A stretch of DNA of 64,000 nucleotides. Source: an uncultured bacterium. Lineage in GTDB: Bacteria > Poribacteria > WGA-4E > WGA-3G. Below, piece after piece: positions 63,109 to 64,000 of the stretch. Under the pieces are notes generated by a model, which was not told where the DNA came from, did not search any database, and saw nothing but the letters and a program-made list of their open reading frames with translations. The translations under genes and the position numbers were made by a program. Numbering within the stretch: position 1 is the first letter of the stretch; every line of letters begins with the position of its first letter. The stretch spans positions 123 to 64,122 of the forward strand of contig CAZGAW010000009.1 of assembly GCA_964523645.1 (NCBI GenBank), written 5' to 3'.

Positions 63109-63969
63109 TCAGCGTAGTCTTGCACCATTCGCATCCCACATCTCAGACTCCGAATAAACCTGTGGCGGTGCTATTGAGGTCAGCGTCGGTAACCAATCTT
63201 CACGGAATTGCTGAACCAACCGTACAGCGTTCTGATAGGCAATCCGTTCCTTCGTTTCATCATCAATTTCTGCGGCTTCAATCTGCGCTTGCACCAAGCG
63301 AAAATCGTAGTACGGTAGATCGCTTCCAAACATAATTCTGTCGTTACCGAGATTATTGACGAGGTGTACGAGGTCCCAACTTGCATCCGCGCCTTCCGGC
63401 TTTTGTGCCACGTCAAACCAGACATTCTCGCATTTTCCACACTGCGCAATCGCATCGAGATGTCCAACTTTGTTCATCGAAACATGCCCGATGATAAACG
63501 TTATAGAGGGAAATCGTCGGGCATAAGCAGCTATATTTTGGGTAGAGCCTGCCTGATGGAGTAGACACAACCCGTCGTGCATTGCGACCACTTCCAAGAA
63601 TGTGTAGAGTTCACCGCCGAGGGAATGTCCAGACAAACCCGGATGGCACATAAACCCGACCAAACCATCATCCTGCATTGCTCTATCCAATTCATCGGCA
63701 CCGGCTTGCTCGTGCCGGACTTCCGCGATGCCGAGTCCGATTGGGAAACGTTCTGGATACAGTTTGCATGCGTTGGCGATTGTTTCGTGCTGTGTGCGTG
63801 TGTCCAGCACCCCGCGCGCCTGTGGGCTACCCCCTGTTGGACACGGAATCGCCCCGATGACACCTGCTGAAGCCATTCGCGCCAGACATCTGCCAACACT
63901 TTGTCCAACAGTCGGCGCGCGTGATACTGTCATACCGATGTGACAATGTACATCAAAATAGGGATGCAT
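63109..63969 (-). CDS. Amidohydrolase-2 family metal-dependent hydrolase
   Basis: 286 aa after AAGGAG. It has an N-terminal DVHCHIG (HxH) motif, internal H residues and a FGSDLPY (D) motif. Confidence 0.7.
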   Translation of the reverse strand: MHPYFDVHCHIGMTVSRAPTVGQSVGRCLARMASAGVIGAIPCPTGGSPQARGVLDTRTQHETIANACKLYPERFPIGLGIAEVRHEQAGADELDRAMQDDGLVGFMCHPGLSGHSLGGELYTFLEVVAMHDGLCLLHQAGSTQNIAAYARRFPSITFIIGHVSMNKVGHLDAIAQCGKCENVWFDVAQKPEGADASWDLVHLVNNLGNDRIMFGSDLPYYDFRLVQAQIEAAEIDDETKERIAYQNAVRLVQQFREDWLPTLTSIAPPQVYSESEMWDANGARLR

Positions 63970-64000
63970 AATTTCTCCTTTTCGTCTTTCTGTGAGATGC

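Noticed and set aside
1-64000. tRNA, rRNA, tmRNA or riboswitch genes in intergenic regions.
   Set aside because: I saw no cloverleaf-type T-arm (GGTTCGAATCC-like) or rRNA-like sequence in any intergenic gap by eye. Riboswitches cannot be excluded without covariance-model scans.

Overview
The window reads as a gene-dense (about 56 coding regions), roughly 50% GC bacterial chromosomal segment. No rRNA, tRNA, CRISPR array or intact autonomous transposon was seen. All family assignments come from motif recognition by eye; no searches were run.

The backbone is sugar and sugar-acid catabolism plus redox housekeeping:
- five Gfo/Idh/MocA oxidoreductases, three of them a tandem triplication
- three xylose-isomerase-like TIM barrels
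- FAH, a DlgD/YiaK-like dehydrogenase and a rhamnonate-dehydratase-like enolase
- three SDRs, a Zn-ADH, an LLM oxidoreductase and a GH13 amylase
- PhyH dioxygenases, a TonB-dependent receptor and ABC-2 permeases

This content is reminiscent of Poribacteria- or Planctomycetes-type genomes. That placement is inference only.

The most unusual items are:
1. A 17.4-25.5 kb cluster of six signal-peptide proteins with different ConA-like, LamG or CBM9-like domains. All end in the same ~20-aa tail, LAV[DEQ]xxxK[LI]xx[TV]WGx[LI]K, which is a candidate unnamed C-terminal sorting or docking tag.
2. A radical SAM gene whose annotated stop is an in-frame TGA within C-TGA-A-E-P, a candidate CUAEP-tail selenoprotein.
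3. A roughly ten-repeat TPR protein fused to a UPF0175 antitoxin domain, paired with a DUF3368 PIN-like toxin that is frameshifted in an A6 run.
4. A defence patch: a MTase-HNH fusion carrying Tyr in place of the HNH His, a Type IIG R-M enzyme, and an orphan Phd antitoxin.
5. Several families of small non-coding repeats in the intergenic DNA: MITE-like inverted-repeat elements, GGCGAGGTT/AACCTCGCC hairpins, and 7-bp tandem arrays abutting promoters.
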